From the sequence record PP400788: 64,000 nucleotides of DNA. One strand, written 5' to 3'. The notes beneath the pieces were generated by a model, which saw only the letters and a program-made list of their open reading frames with translations, searched no databases and had not been told where the DNA came from. Position 1 is the first letter of the stretch; the number at the start of each line of letters is the position of its first letter. Both the position numbers and the translations under genes were made by a program. The stretch is from Escherichia phage FL33. Shown here in pieces: positions 22,486 through 33,003 of this stretch.

Positions 22486-22493
22486 TATAAATA
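22486..22493 (+). promoter_or_regulatory. late promoter TATAAATA for gene 34
   Basis: Exact TATAAATA 35 nt upstream of gene 34 ATG; first plus-strand gene after strand switch. Confidence 0.7.
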
Positions 22494-22527
22494 CTTATTA
22501 TTGAAAACACAATAGGAGCCCGGGAGA

Positions 22528-25500
22528 ATGGCCGAGATTAAAAGAAAGTTCAGAGCAGAAGATGGTCTGGACGCAGGTGGTGATAAAATAATCAACGTAG
22601 CTTTAGCTGATCGTACCGTAGGAACTGACGGTGTTAACGTTGATTACTTAATTCAAGAAAACACAGTTCAACAATATGATCCAACTCGTGGATATTTAAA
22701 AGATTTTGTAATCATTTATGATAACCGCTTTTGGGCTGCTATAAATGATATTCCAAAACCAGCAGGAGCTTTTAATAGCGTACGATGGAGAGCGTTACGT
22801 ACTGATGCAAACTGGACAACTGTTTCATCAGGACCTTATCAATTAAAGTCAGGTGAATCAATTTCAGTTGATACTGCAGCTGGTAATGACATTACATTTA
22901 CTTTACCATCTTCTCCAATTGATGGTGATACTATCGTTCTCCAAGACATTGGAGGAAAACCTGGAGTTAACCAAGTTTTAATTACAGCTCCGGTACAAAG
23001 CATTGTAAATTTTAGAGGTCAGCAAGTACGATCAGTACTAATGACTCATCCAAAATCACAGATAGTTTTAATTTTTAGTAATCGTCTGTGGCAAATGTAT
23101 GTCGCTGATTATAGTAGAGAAGCTGTAGTTGTAACGCCTGCGAGTCTCTATCAGGCGCAATCAAACGATTTTATCGTACGTAGATTTACTTCTGCTGCAC
23201 CAATTAATGTTAAACTTCCAAGATTTGCTAATCATGGCGATATTATTAATTTCGTCGATTTAGATAAACTGAATCCACTTTATCATACAATTGTTACTAC
23301 ATACGATGAAACGACTTCAGTACAAGAAGTTGGAACTCATTCCATTGAAGGCCGTACATCGATTGACGGTTTCTTGATGTTTGATGATAATGAGAAATTG
23401 TGGAGATTGTTTGACGGGGATAGTAAAGCACGTTTACGCATTATAACGACTAATTCTAATATTCGTCCAAACGAAGAAGTTATGGTATTTGGTGCGAATA
23501 ACGGAACAACTCAAACAATTGAGCTTCAGCTTCCAACTAATATTTCTGTTGGTGATACTGTTAAAATTTCCATGAATTACATGAGAAAAGGACAAACAGT
23601 TAAAATCAAAGCTGCTGGTGAAGATAAAATTGCTTCTTCAGTTCAATTGCTGCAATTCCCAAAACGTTCAGAATATCCGCCTGAAACTAAATGGGTTACA
23701 GTTCAAGAATTAGTTTTTAATGGTGAAACTAATTATGTTCCAGTTTTGCAACTTGCTTATATAGAAGATTCTGATGGAAAATATTGGGTTGTGCAACAAA
23801 ATGTTCCAACTGTAGAAAGAGTTGATTCTTTAAATGATTCTACTAGAGCAAGATTAGGCGTAATTGCTTTAGCTACACAAGCTCAAGCTAACGTCGATTT
23901 AGAAAATTCTCCACAAAAAGAATTAGCAATTACTCCAGAAACATTAGCTAACCGTACTGCTACTGAAACTCGCAGAGGTATTGCAAGAATAGCAACTACT
24001 GCTCAAGTGAATCAGAACACCACATTCTCTTTTGCTGATGATATTATCATCACTCCTAAAAAGCTGAATGAAAGAACTGCTACAGAAACTCGCAGAGGTG
24101 TCGCAGAAATTGCTACGCAGCAAGAAACTAATGCAGGTACTGATGATACAACCATCATTACTCCTAAAAAGCTTCAAGCTCGTCAAGGTTCTGAATCATT
24201 ATCTGGTATTGTAACTTTTGTATCTACTGCAGGTGCTACTCCAGCTTCTAGCCGTGAATTAAATGGTACGAATGTTTATAATAAAAACACTAATAACTTA
24301 GTTGTTTCGCCAAAAGCTTTGGATCAGTATAAAGCTACTCCAACGCAACAAGGTGCAGTAATTTTAGCAGTTGAAAGTGAAGTAATTGCTGGACAAAGCC
24401 AAGAAGGATGGGCAAATGCGGTTGTAACGCCAGAAACGTTACATAAAAAGACATCAACTGATGGAAGAATTGGTTTAATTGAAATTGCTACGCAAAGTGA
24501 AGTTAATACAGGAACTGATTATACTCGTGCAGTCACTCCTAAAACTTTAAATGACCGTAGAGCAACTGAAAGTTTAAGTGGTATAGCTGAAATTGCTACA
24601 CAAGTTGAATTCGACGCAGGCGTCGACGATACTCGTATCTCTACACCATTAAAAATTAAAACCAGATTTAATAGTACTGATCGTACTTCTGTTGTTGCTC
24701 TATCTGGATTAGTTGAATCAGGAACTCTCTGGGACCATTATACCCTTAATATTCTTGAAGCAAATGAGACACAGCGTGGTACACTTCGTGTAGCTACACA
24801 GGTTGAAGCTGCTGCAGGAACATTAGATAATGTTTTAATAACTCCTAAAAAGCTTTTAGGTACTAAATCTACCGAATCGCAAGAAGGTGTTATTAAAGTT
24901 GCAACTCAGTCTGAAACTGTGACTGGAACGTCAGCAAATACTGCTGTATCTCCAAAAAATTTAAAATGGATTGTGCAGAGTGAACCTACTTGGGCAGCTA
25001 CTACTGCAATAAGAGGTTTTGTTAAAACTTCATCTGGTTCAATTACATTCGTTGGTAATGATACAGTAGGTTCTACCCAAGATTTAGATCTATACGAGAA
25101 AAATAGCTATGCGGTATCACCATATGAATTAAACCGCGTATTAGCAAATTATCTGCCGTTAAAAGCAAAAGCTGTAGATAGTAATTTATTGGATGGTCTA
25201 GATTCATCTCAGTTCATTCGTAGGGATATTGCACAGACGGTTAATGGTTCACTAACCTTAACCCAACAAACGAATCTGAGTGCCCCTCTTGTATCATCTA
25301 GTACTGCTACGTTTGGTGGTTCAGTTTCGGCAAATAGTGTACTAACTATTTCTAATACTGGAACAGCAACTCGTCTGATTTTTGAAAAAGGACCTCAGAC
25401 TGGAACGAACCCGGCTCAAACGATGACAGTCAGCGTGTGGGGGAATCAATTTAGTGGGGAATCAAACACAACACGTTCTACCGTATTTGAAGTTAGTGAT

Positions 25501-26397
25501 GAAACATCTTATCACTTTTATTCTCAACGCGATAAAGATGGCAATATAGCATTTAGCATTAATGGTACTGTAATGCCAATAAATGTGAATGCTTTAGGTT
25601 CTTTGAACGCGAACGGCGTTGCAACATTCGGTAGTTCAGTTACTGCTAATGGCGAATTTATCAGTAAATCGTCGAATGCTTTTAGAGCAATAAACGGTGA
25701 TTATGGATTCTTTATTCGTAATGATGCTGCTAACACCTATTTTATGCTTACTGCATCTGGTGATCAGACTGGTGGATTTAATGGATTACGTCCATTATCA
25801 ATTAATAATCAATCTGGTCAGGTTACAATTGGTGAAAGCTTAATCATTGCCAAAGGCGCTACTATAACTTCAGGTGGTTTAACTGTCAACTCGAGAATTC
25901 GTTCTCAAGGTACTAAAACCTCTGATTTATATACTCGTGCGCCAACATCTGATACTGTAGGATTCTGGTCAATCGATATTAATGATTCAGCCACTTATAA
26001 CCAGTTCCCGGGTTATTTTAAGATGGTTGAAAAGACTAATGAAGTGACTGGACTTCCATACTTAGAACGTGGCGAAGAAGTTAAATCTCCTGGTACATTG
26101 ACTCAGTTTGGTAACACACTCGATTCGCTTTATCAAGATTGGATTACTTATCCAACGACCCCAGAAGCGCGCACCACTCGCTGGACGCGCACATGGCAGA
26201 AAACCAAAAACTCTTGGTCAAGTTTTGTTCAGGTATTTGATGGGGGTAACCCTCCTCAGCCGTCTGATATCGGTGCTTTACCATCTGATAATGCTATAAT
26301 GGGGAATCTTACTATTCGTGATTTCTTACGAATTGGTAATGTTCGCATTATTCCTGACCCAGTGAATAAAACGGTTAAATTTGAATGGGTTGAATAA
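22528..26397 (+). CDS. 34: gp34 long tail fibre proximal subunit
   Basis: 1289-aa ORF (same length as T4 gp34); repeated (I/V)TPKKL and ATETRRG(I/V)A(E/R)IAT motifs. Confidence 0.92.
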   Translation: MAEIKRKFRAEDGLDAGGDKIINVALADRTVGTDGVNVDYLIQENTVQQYDPTRGYLKDFVIIYDNRFWAAINDIPKPAGAFNSVRWRALRTDANWTTVSSGPYQLKSGESISVDTAAGNDITFTLPSSPIDGDTIVLQDIGGKPGVNQVLITAPVQSIVNFRGQQVRSVLMTHPKSQIVLIFSNRLWQMYVADYSREAVVVTPASLYQAQSNDFIVRRFTSAAPINVKLPRFANHGDIINFVDLDKLNPLYHTIVTTYDETTSVQEVGTHSIEGRTSIDGFLMFDDNEKLWRLFDGDSKARLRIITTNSNIRPNEEVMVFGANNGTTQTIELQLPTNISVGDTVKISMNYMRKGQTVKIKAAGEDKIASSVQLLQFPKRSEYPPETKWVTVQELVFNGETNYVPVLQLAYIEDSDGKYWVVQQNVPTVERVDSLNDSTRARLGVIALATQAQANVDLENSPQKELAITPETLANRTATETRRGIARIATTAQVNQNTTFSFADDIIITPKKLNERTATETRRGVAEIATQQETNAGTDDTTIITPKKLQARQGSESLSGIVTFVSTAGATPASSRELNGTNVYNKNTNNLVVSPKALDQYKATPTQQGAVILAVESEVIAGQSQEGWANAVVTPETLHKKTSTDGRIGLIEIATQSEVNTGTDYTRAVTPKTLNDRRATESLSGIAEIATQVEFDAGVDDTRISTPLKIKTRFNSTDRTSVVALSGLVESGTLWDHYTLNILEANETQRGTLRVATQVEAAAGTLDNVLITPKKLLGTKSTESQEGVIKVATQSETVTGTSANTAVSPKNLKWIVQSEPTWAATTAIRGFVKTSSGSITFVGNDTVGSTQDLDLYEKNSYAVSPYELNRVLANYLPLKAKAVDSNLLDGLDSSQFIRRDIAQTVNGSLTLTQQTNLSAPLVSSSTATFGGSVSANSVLTISNTGTATRLIFEKGPQTGTNPAQTMTVSVWGNQFSGESNTTRSTVFEVSDETSYHFYSQRDKDGNIAFSINGTVMPINVNALGSLNANGVATFGSSVTANGEFISKSSNAFRAINGDYGFFIRNDAANTYFMLTASGDQTGGFNGLRPLSINNQSGQVTIGESLIIAKGATITSGGLTVNSRIRSQGTKTSDLYTRAPTSDTVGFWSIDINDSATYNQFPGYFKMVEKTNEVTGLPYLERGEEVKSPGTLTQFGNTLDSLYQDWITYPTTPEARTTRWTRTWQKTKNSWSSFVQVFDGGNPPQPSDIGALPSDNAIMGNLTIRDFLRIGNVRIIPDPVNKTVKFEWVE

Positions 26398-26405
26398 GAG
26401 GTATT

Positions 26406-27521
26406 ATGGAAAAATTTATGGCAGAGTTTGGACAAGGATATGTCCAAACGCCATTTTTATCGGAAAGCAATTCAGTAAGATATAAAATAAGTATAGCGGG
26501 TTCTTGCCCGCTTTCTACCGCAGGACCATACGTTAAATTTCAAGATAATCCTGTAGGAAGTCAAACATTTAGTGCAGGTCTTCATTTAAGAGTTTTTGAC
26601 CCTTCCACGGGAGCATTGGTTGATAGTAAGTCATATGTTTTTTCTACTTCAAATGATACAACATCTGCTGCTTTTGTTAGTTTCATGAATTCTTTTTCAA
26701 GCAATAGACTTGTTGCCATATTAACTAGCGGAAAGGTTAATTTTCCTCCTGAAGTAGTATCTTGGTTAAGAACGGCAGGAACATCTGCTTTTCCATCTGA
26801 TTCTTTATTGTCAAGATTTGACGTATCATATGCTGCCTTTTACACTTCTTCTAAAAGAGCTATCGCACTAGAGCATGTTAAACTGAGTAACAGAAAAAGC
26901 ACAGATGACTATCAAACTATATTAGATGTAGTATTTGATAGTTTAGAAGATGTTGGAGCGACAGGATTTCCTAAAAGAACATATGAAAGCGTTGAGCAAT
27001 TTATGTCAGCTGTTGGTGGAACTAATAACGAAATTGCACGTCTACCTACAGCATCTGCAATAAGTAAACTCTCTGATTATAATTTAATTCCTGGAGATGT
27101 TCTTTATCTTAAAGCACAACTATATGCTGATGCTGATTTACTTGCTCTTGGAACTACAAATATATCTATCCGTTTTTATAATGCGTCGAATGGATATATT
27201 TCCTCGACACAAGCTGAGTTTACAGGACAGGCTGGATCTTGGGAATTAAAAGAAGATTATGTAGTTGTTCCTGAAAATGCAGTAGGATTTACGATATACG
27301 CACAGAGAACTGCACAAGCGGGTCAAGGCGGTATGAGAAATTTAAGCTTTTCTGAAGTGTCAAGAAATGGCGGCATTTCAAAACCTGCTGAGTTTGGCGT
27401 CAATGGTATTCGAGTTAATTATATCTGTGAATCTGCTTCACCTCCGGATATAATGGTACTTCCTACGCAAGCATCGTCTAAAACTGGTAAAGTGTTTGGA
27501 CAGGAATTTAGAGAAGTTTAA
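26406..27521 (+). CDS. 35: gp35 long tail fibre hinge (knee) protein
   Basis: 371-aa ORF immediately after 34; T4 gp35 is 372 aa. Confidence 0.85.
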   Translation: MEKFMAEFGQGYVQTPFLSESNSVRYKISIAGSCPLSTAGPYVKFQDNPVGSQTFSAGLHLRVFDPSTGALVDSKSYVFSTSNDTTSAAFVSFMNSFSSNRLVAILTSGKVNFPPEVVSWLRTAGTSAFPSDSLLSRFDVSYAAFYTSSKRAIALEHVKLSNRKSTDDYQTILDVVFDSLEDVGATGFPKRTYESVEQFMSAVGGTNNEIARLPTASAISKLSDYNLIPGDVLYLKAQLYADADLLALGTTNISIRFYNASNGYISSTQAEFTGQAGSWELKEDYVVVPENAVGFTIYAQRTAQAGQGGMRNLSFSEVSRNGGISKPAEFGVNGIRVNYICESASPPDIMVLPTQASSKTGKVFGQEFREV

Positions 27522-27525
27522 ATTG

Positions 27526-27551
27526 AGGGAGCCTTCGGGTTCCCTTTTTCT
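27526..27551 (+). terminator. intrinsic terminator / UUCG hairpin after gene 35
   Basis: GGGAGCC-UUCG-GGUUCCC followed by UUUUUCUUU. Confidence 0.65.
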
Positions 27552-27552
27552 T

Positions 27553-27560
27553 TATAAATA
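27553..27560 (+). promoter_or_regulatory. late promoter TATAAATA for gene 36
   Basis: Exact TATAAATA 24 nt upstream of gene 36 ATG. Confidence 0.7.
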
Positions 27561-27583
27561 CTATTAAAATAAAGGGGCATACA

Positions 27584-28240
27584 ATGGCTGATTTAAAAGT
27601 AGGTTCAACAACTGGAGGCTCTGTCATTTGGCATCAAGGAAATTTTCCATTGAATCCAGCCGGTGACGATGTACTCTATAAATCATTTAAAATATATTCA
27701 GAATATAATAAACCACAAGCTGCTGATAACGATTTCGTTTCTAAAGCTAATGGTGGTACATATTTAAAAAAAGTAATTTTTAATAAAGGAATGGCTGTTC
27801 CTGGTGCTGGGTCAGGTGACAACGGTATTTTTGCCGGTCCTGGTGATAATGCCACATATGATACTACAAATATGGATATTGTTTCATGGTATGGTATCGG
27901 CTTTAAATCATCACAAGGGGCAGCAGGTAGAACTGTAGTAATTAACACACGAAACGGAGATATTAGCTCAAAGGGTGTAATTGAAGCATCACAAATACGC
28001 GCAACTTCGTTATCACCAGTAAATAATTATGACCTTACGAGGAAAGATTATGTTGATGGAGCAATAAATATTGTTACAGCAAACGCAAACTCTAGGGTAT
28101 TACGCTCTGGAGACACTATGATAGGAAATTTAACTGCGCCAAACCTTTTTTCACAGAATCCTGCATCTCAACCCTCGCATGTTCCACGATTTGACCAAAT
28201 TGTTATTAAGGATTCTGTTCAAGATTTCGGCTATTATTAA
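27584..28240 (+). CDS. 36: gp36 long tail fibre distal connector
   Basis: 218-aa ORF; T4 gp36 is 221 aa. Confidence 0.85.
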   Translation: MADLKVGSTTGGSVIWHQGNFPLNPAGDDVLYKSFKIYSEYNKPQAADNDFVSKANGGTYLKKVIFNKGMAVPGAGSGDNGIFAGPGDNATYDTTNMDIVSWYGIGFKSSQGAAGRTVVINTRNGDISSKGVIEASQIRATSLSPVNNYDLTRKDYVDGAINIVTANANSRVLRSGDTMIGNLTAPNLFSQNPASQPSHVPRFDQIVIKDSVQDFGYY

Positions 28241-28248
28241 GAGGACTT

Positions 28249-31200
28249 ATGGCTACTTTAAAACAAATACAATTTAAAAGAAGCAAAACTGCAGGAGCAC
28301 GTCCTGCCGCTTCAGTATTAGCCGAAGGTGAATTGGCTATAAACTTAAAAGACCGTGTACTTTTTACTAAAGATGACCAAGGAAATATTATTGATCTGGG
28401 TTTTGCTAAAGGCGGTAGTATTGACGGGAATGTTATTCATACAGGCAATTATAACCAAACTGGCGATTATACTTTAAACGGTACATTCACCCAGACTGGT
28501 AATTTTAATTTAATCGGTATTGCTCGAGTAACTCGTGATATTATTGCTGCTGGGCAGATTATGACTGAAGGCGGAGAACTTATTACAAAAAGTTCAGGAA
28601 CGGCACACGTTCGTTTTCATGATTCCGCCGACCGTGAACGCGGTATTATTTTTTCTCCTGCTAATGACGGTTTAACTACACAAGTAATTAACATCAGAGT
28701 TCAAGATTACAAAGCCGGTTCAGAAAGCACTTTCGCTTTTAATGGAAATGGTTTGTTTTCTTCACCAGAAGTTTTTGGGTGGAAATCTGTATCAACTCCG
28801 GTAATTTATACCAATAAAGTTATCACCAATAAAAAAGTTAAAGATGATTATGACATCTATTCGATGGCAGACAATGTTCCATTGTCTGAAAGCACTACTG
28901 CTATTAATCATCTTCGTGTCATGCGTAATGCCGTTGGTTCTGGTATTTTCCATGAAGTTAAAGATAATGATGGAATAACTTGGTATGCAGGTGATGGACT
29001 TGACACCTATCTTTGGTCATTTACTTGGAGCGGCGGAATTAAATCAAGTCACTCAATTTCTATTGGTTTAACACCTGGTAATAAAGATTATTCAATATTA
29101 GGACCATCTAGTATTGCTTTAGGAGATAATGATACTGGATTTAAATGGCATCAAGATGGATATTATTTTAGCGTTAATAATGGAACAAAAACGTTTTTAT
29201 TTAGTCCTAGCGAAACAACTAGCCTAAGAAAATTTGTAGCTGGATATTCTACTAACGGAACCGATTTAACTACTCCTCCAACTGAAAACTATGCTCTCGC
29301 TACTGTCGTGACATATCACGATAATAACGCGTTTGGAGATGGTCAGACTCTTTTAGGATATTATCAAGGCGGTAACTATCATCATTATTTCCGCGGCAAG
29401 GGTACCACAAACATTAATACTCACGGCGGTTTGTTAGTTACTCCTGGTAATATTGACGTTATTGGTGGTTCTGTTAATATCGATGGTAGAAATAATGCTT
29501 CTACACTGATGTTTAGAGGTAACACAACTGGTAGTAGTTCAGTTGATAATATGACAATTTCCGTGTGGGGTAATACATTTACTATTCCTAGTGAAGGTAA
29601 TCGCAAAAATGTCATGGAAATTTCTGATGCAACTAGTTGGATGAGCTATATTCAAAGACTTACAACAGGTGAAGTAGAAATGAACGTTAACGGTTCATTT
29701 GAATCATCTGGTGTTACTGCTGGACATAGAGGAGTTCACACAACAGGTGAAATTTCATCTGGAGCAGTGAATGCGCTTCGCATTTGGAATGCAGATTATG
29801 GAGCCATTTTTAGACGTTCAGAAGGAAGTCTTCATATTATTCCGACTGCTTATGGTGAAGGCAAAAATGGTGATATCGGTCCACTTCGCCCGTTTAGTAT
29901 GGCTTTAGATACCGGTAAAGTTACTATTCCAGATTTACAATCAAGTTACAATACGTTCGCTGCGAACGGCTATATTAAATTTGTTGGTCATGGCGCTGGC
30001 GCTGGTGGTTATGACATTCAATATGTTCAAGCGGCTCCTATTTTTCAGGAAATCGATGATGATGCTGTAAGCAAATATTATCCTATTGTTAAACAGAAGT
30101 TTCTAAACGGTAAATCCGTTTGGTCTTTAGGTACTGAAATTAATTCAGGTACATTCGTGATACACCATATCAAAGAAGATGGAACACAGGGCCATGCATC
30201 AAGATTTAATGCTGATGGTACAGTTAACTTCCCGGATAACGTTCTGGTCGGCGGTGATATTAACATGAAAGGCTTGATGACTTTTGACGCCGGACGTTTA
30301 GGATCACGAGATTATTTTAAATTTAACCATTGGGGTGATAGCAATAACGCTCGTGATAACATCATCCAGTTAGAAGATAGTCAAGGCGCCCATTTTTCCA
30401 CTGAACGTACTTTAGCGACAGGTGCAATTAAAACTCGTTTCTTTGGCGAAACATTCACTGATGGTACATTATACCTAAATCAGATGCATAATAGCTCTGA
30501 ACGATTCTCTATCAGCAATTGGGGAAATTCAGAAGTTGGACGCGCGGCAGTATTGGAAGTCGGCGATTCAAAAGGTTATCACTTCTATGCTGAACGCAGG
30601 ACAGATAACAGTTTGATGTTTGATGTTGCTGGTTCTTTGACCGTACATGGACCTAGCGGAATAACCATCAAAAACTCAACTGGTGCTCGCCATATCTGGT
30701 TTAGAGATGATAGCGATGCAGAAAAGGCTGTTATCTGGGCTACAGATGAGGGTATTTTACATATACGAAATAATCATGGGGGTTCATTTAGTCATCACTT
30801 CCAGGGTGCAATGATTAAAGCGGGAGAGCAAGTTCCTTATAATAGTGAATACGCTCTTATCCGTGGTGATGTTTTTGGTGGTGCTTGGGATGACTGGCGC
30901 AACCGTCCTGCTGGTATTCTCTTAGATTGTCAGGATTCACATACCCGAGCATATTCAATTTGGAAAGCAACTCATTGGGGTGTTGATCATCTTGCGGCAA
31001 TGGGTGTTCATGCTGGCGGTGGTCAAGCTACCGTAATGATGCATATGAACAAAGGCGGCTGGTATTCATGGGCTGCAAATGGTGATTTCACATCTAGTGC
31101 GTCGGTTTACTGTAACGATGTTTATATTCGTTCCGACCGTCGTCTGAAAATTAACGTTGAAGACTACGAAGAAAATGCGGTAGATAAGGTAAATAAACTA

Positions 31201-31485
31201 AAAGTTAAAACCTACGATAAAGTTAAGTCTCTTTCTGACCGAGAAGTCATCGCACATGAGATTGGTATTATCGCGCAGGATTTACAAGAAATTTTACCGG
31301 AAGCTGTTAGCACTTCTAATGTCGGATCTCTTGATAACCCAGAAGAGATTTTAACAATTTCTAACTCTACAGTGAATGCTCTTTTAATTAAGGCTATTCA
31401 GGAAATGAGTGAAGAAATTAAAGAATTGAAAACGCCTCTCTTTACTAAAATTGCTCGCAAAATTAGTAAATATTTTAAATTCTAA
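28249..31485 (+). CDS. 37: gp37 long tail fibre distal subunit, T2-type with C-terminal intramolecular chaperone domain
   Basis: 1078-aa ORF; conserved N-terminus MATLKQIQFKRSKTAGARPAASVLAEGELAINLKDR; C-terminal about 117 aa (from SDRRLKINVEDYEEN... with EIGIIAQDLQEILPEAV) resemble peptidase S74 auto-cleaving chaperone domains. Confidence 0.88.
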   Translation: MATLKQIQFKRSKTAGARPAASVLAEGELAINLKDRVLFTKDDQGNIIDLGFAKGGSIDGNVIHTGNYNQTGDYTLNGTFTQTGNFNLIGIARVTRDIIAAGQIMTEGGELITKSSGTAHVRFHDSADRERGIIFSPANDGLTTQVINIRVQDYKAGSESTFAFNGNGLFSSPEVFGWKSVSTPVIYTNKVITNKKVKDDYDIYSMADNVPLSESTTAINHLRVMRNAVGSGIFHEVKDNDGITWYAGDGLDTYLWSFTWSGGIKSSHSISIGLTPGNKDYSILGPSSIALGDNDTGFKWHQDGYYFSVNNGTKTFLFSPSETTSLRKFVAGYSTNGTDLTTPPTENYALATVVTYHDNNAFGDGQTLLGYYQGGNYHHYFRGKGTTNINTHGGLLVTPGNIDVIGGSVNIDGRNNASTLMFRGNTTGSSSVDNMTISVWGNTFTIPSEGNRKNVMEISDATSWMSYIQRLTTGEVEMNVNGSFESSGVTAGHRGVHTTGEISSGAVNALRIWNADYGAIFRRSEGSLHIIPTAYGEGKNGDIGPLRPFSMALDTGKVTIPDLQSSYNTFAANGYIKFVGHGAGAGGYDIQYVQAAPIFQEIDDDAVSKYYPIVKQKFLNGKSVWSLGTEINSGTFVIHHIKEDGTQGHASRFNADGTVNFPDNVLVGGDINMKGLMTFDAGRLGSRDYFKFNHWGDSNNARDNIIQLEDSQGAHFSTERTLATGAIKTRFFGETFTDGTLYLNQMHNSSERFSISNWGNSEVGRAAVLEVGDSKGYHFYAERRTDNSLMFDVAGSLTVHGPSGITIKNSTGARHIWFRDDSDAEKAVIWATDEGILHIRNNHGGSFSHHFQGAMIKAGEQVPYNSEYALIRGDVFGGAWDDWRNRPAGILLDCQDSHTRAYSIWKATHWGVDHLAAMGVHAGGGQATVMMHMNKGGWYSWAANGDFTSSASVYCNDVYIRSDRRLKINVEDYEENAVDKVNKLKVKTYDKVKSLSDREVIAHEIGIIAQDLQEILPEAVSTSNVGSLDNPEEILTISNSTVNALLIKAIQEMSEEIKELKTPLFTKIARKISKYFKF

Positions 31486-31491
31486 CAACAA

Positions 31492-31512
31492 GGGGGAAAT
31501 GCCCCCTTTGGA
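31492..31512 (+). terminator. stem-loop (possible attenuating hairpin) between 37 and 38
   Basis: AGGGGGAAAUGCCCCCUUU; short U-run only. Confidence 0.4.
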
Positions 31513-31521
31513 GTATAAATT

Positions 31522-32301
31522 ATGGCAGTAGTTGGAGTTCCTGGCTGGATTGGAAGTTCAGCCGTAAATGAAACGGGTCAGCGCTGGATGAGTCAAGCAG
31601 CTGGTCAATTAAGATTGGGTGTTCCTTGCTGGATGAGTCAATTTGCAGGTCGCTCAAGAGAAATTATTCATACACTTGGAGCAGACCATAACTTCAATGG
31701 TCAATGGTTCCGAGATAGATGTTTTGAGGCAGGTAGTGCACCTATAGTGTTTAATATCACTGGAGAATTAGTATCATATTCTAAAGATGTTCCTTTATTC
31801 TTTATGTATGGAGATACCCCTAACGAATATGTTACTTTGAATATTCATGGTGGTGTTCATATGTGGGGCCGAGGTGGTAACGGTACTGTAAACGGAAACC
31901 CAGGCACAAATGGTGGCGATGTAATCCAAAATGATATCGGCGGAAGACTTCGTATTTGGAACTATGGCGTTATTGCATCAGGCGGCGGCGGCGGTGGTGC
32001 AGTGTCATTACAGAATAGCTGGGCGCCAAATGCTACAGCAGGTGGCGGTGGCGGCAGACCATTTGGCCTCGGCGGCGGTGGCGTTAATTGGCCTGGCGGT
32101 AATGCTAGTTTGACGTCTCCGGGCAGTGCCGGTTACACTTCCCAATTCGGCGGAGGCAATGGCGGTGATGCTGGAGGTCGGGGCGGAGATGGATGGGGTA
32201 ATCACTTATCTAGATCTGGCGGTGGTGCTCCTGGCAGAGCAGTATTCGGTTCTTCACCATCATGGGGCGCTACAGGCACGATCTACGGCTCCTGGATTTA
32301 A
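31522..32301 (+). CDS. 38: gp38 receptor-recognising adhesin, T2-type (glycine-rich motifs)
   Basis: 259-aa ORF; conserved N-terminal block, then four Gly-rich motifs ([44 protein letters not shown]) separated by variable segments; T4 gp38 is a 183-aa chaperone instead. Confidence 0.85.
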   Translation: MAVVGVPGWIGSSAVNETGQRWMSQAAGQLRLGVPCWMSQFAGRSREIIHTLGADHNFNGQWFRDRCFEAGSAPIVFNITGELVSYSKDVPLFFMYGDTPNEYVTLNIHGGVHMWGRGGNGTVNGNPGTNGGDVIQNDIGGRLRIWNYGVIASGGGGGGAVSLQNSWAPNATAGGGGGRPFGLGGGGVNWPGGNASLTSPGSAGYTSQFGGGNGGDAGGRGGDGWGNHLSRSGGGAPGRAVFGSSPSWGATGTIYGSWI

Positions 32302-32319
32302 ACGATAATACCTCTCAGT

Positions 32320-32327
32320 TATAAATA
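32320..32327 (+). promoter_or_regulatory. late promoter TATAAATA for holin gene t
   Basis: Exact TATAAATA 20 nt upstream of t ATG. Confidence 0.7.
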
Positions 32328-32346
32328 TTGATAAATTGGAGGTAAT

Positions 32347-33003
32347 ATGGCAGCACCTAGAATATCATTTTCGCCCTCTGGTATTCTGTTTGGTGTTCTA
32401 GATCGCTTGTTCAAAGATAACGCTACCGGGAAAGTTCTTGCTTCCCGAGTAGCTGTCGTAATTCTTTTATTTATGATGGCGATTGTTTGGTATAGGGGAG
32501 ATAGTTTCTTTGAGTACTATAAGCAATCAAAGTATGAAACATACAGTGAAATTATTGAAAAGGAAAGAAATGCACGCTTTGAATCTGTCGCCCTGGAACA
32601 ACTCCAGATAGTTCACATATCATCTGAGGCAGACTTTAGTGCGGTGTATTCTTTCCGCCCTAAAAACTTAAACTATTTTGTTGATATTATAGCATATGAA
32701 GGAAAATTACCTTCAACAATAAGCGAAAAATCACTTGGAGGATATCCTGTTGATAAAACTATGGATGAATATACAGTTCATTTAAATGGACGTCATTATT
32801 ATTCCAACTCAAAATTTGCTTTTTTACCAACTAAAAAGCCTACTCCCGAAATAAACTACATGTACAGTTGTCCATATTTCAATTTGGATAATATCTATGC
32901 TGGAACAATAACCATGTACTGGTATAGAAATGATCATATAAGTAATGACCGCCTTGAATCAATATGTTCTCAGGCGGCCAGAATATTAGGAAGGGCTAAA
33001 TAA
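32347..33003 (+). CDS. t: holin T
   Basis: 218-aa ORF MAAPRISFSPSGILFGVLDRLFKDNATGKVLASRVAVVILLFMMAIVWY... with single transmembrane helix and large periplasmic domain; T4 T is 218 aa. Confidence 0.92.
   Translation: MAAPRISFSPSGILFGVLDRLFKDNATGKVLASRVAVVILLFMMAIVWYRGDSFFEYYKQSKYETYSEIIEKERNARFESVALEQLQIVHISSEADFSAVYSFRPKNLNYFVDIIAYEGKLPSTISEKSLGGYPVDKTMDEYTVHLNGRHYYSNSKFAFLPTKKPTPEINYMYSCPYFNLDNIYAGTITMYWYRNDHISNDRLESICSQAARILGRAK

Noticed and set aside
23944-24186. 80-aa minus-strand ORF inside gene 34, and similar antisense ORFs inside genes 37, 39, 41, dda, rIIA and pseT
   Set aside because: Embedded antisense ORFs in long conserved structural or enzyme genes; no promoter or RBS; typical six-frame noise.
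31510-31521. TATAAATT immediately upstream of gene 38 as a late promoter
   Set aside because: Not the exact TATAAATA and only 3 nt from the ATG; more likely part of the ribosome-binding region. gp38 is probably read from the gene 36 late promoter.
31980-32240. Repeat array that could be mistaken for a CRISPR-like or tandem-repeat element
   Set aside because: The repeats are the coding Gly-rich motifs of gp38; irregular spacing, no direct-repeat/spacer structure, no cas genes.
31931-32308. Several overlapping ORFs on both strands (60-65 aa) inside gene 38
   Set aside because: They lie within the GC-rich glycine-codon repeats of the gp38 adhesin; GGN/GCC repeats create open frames on all strands. 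No start signals; spurious.
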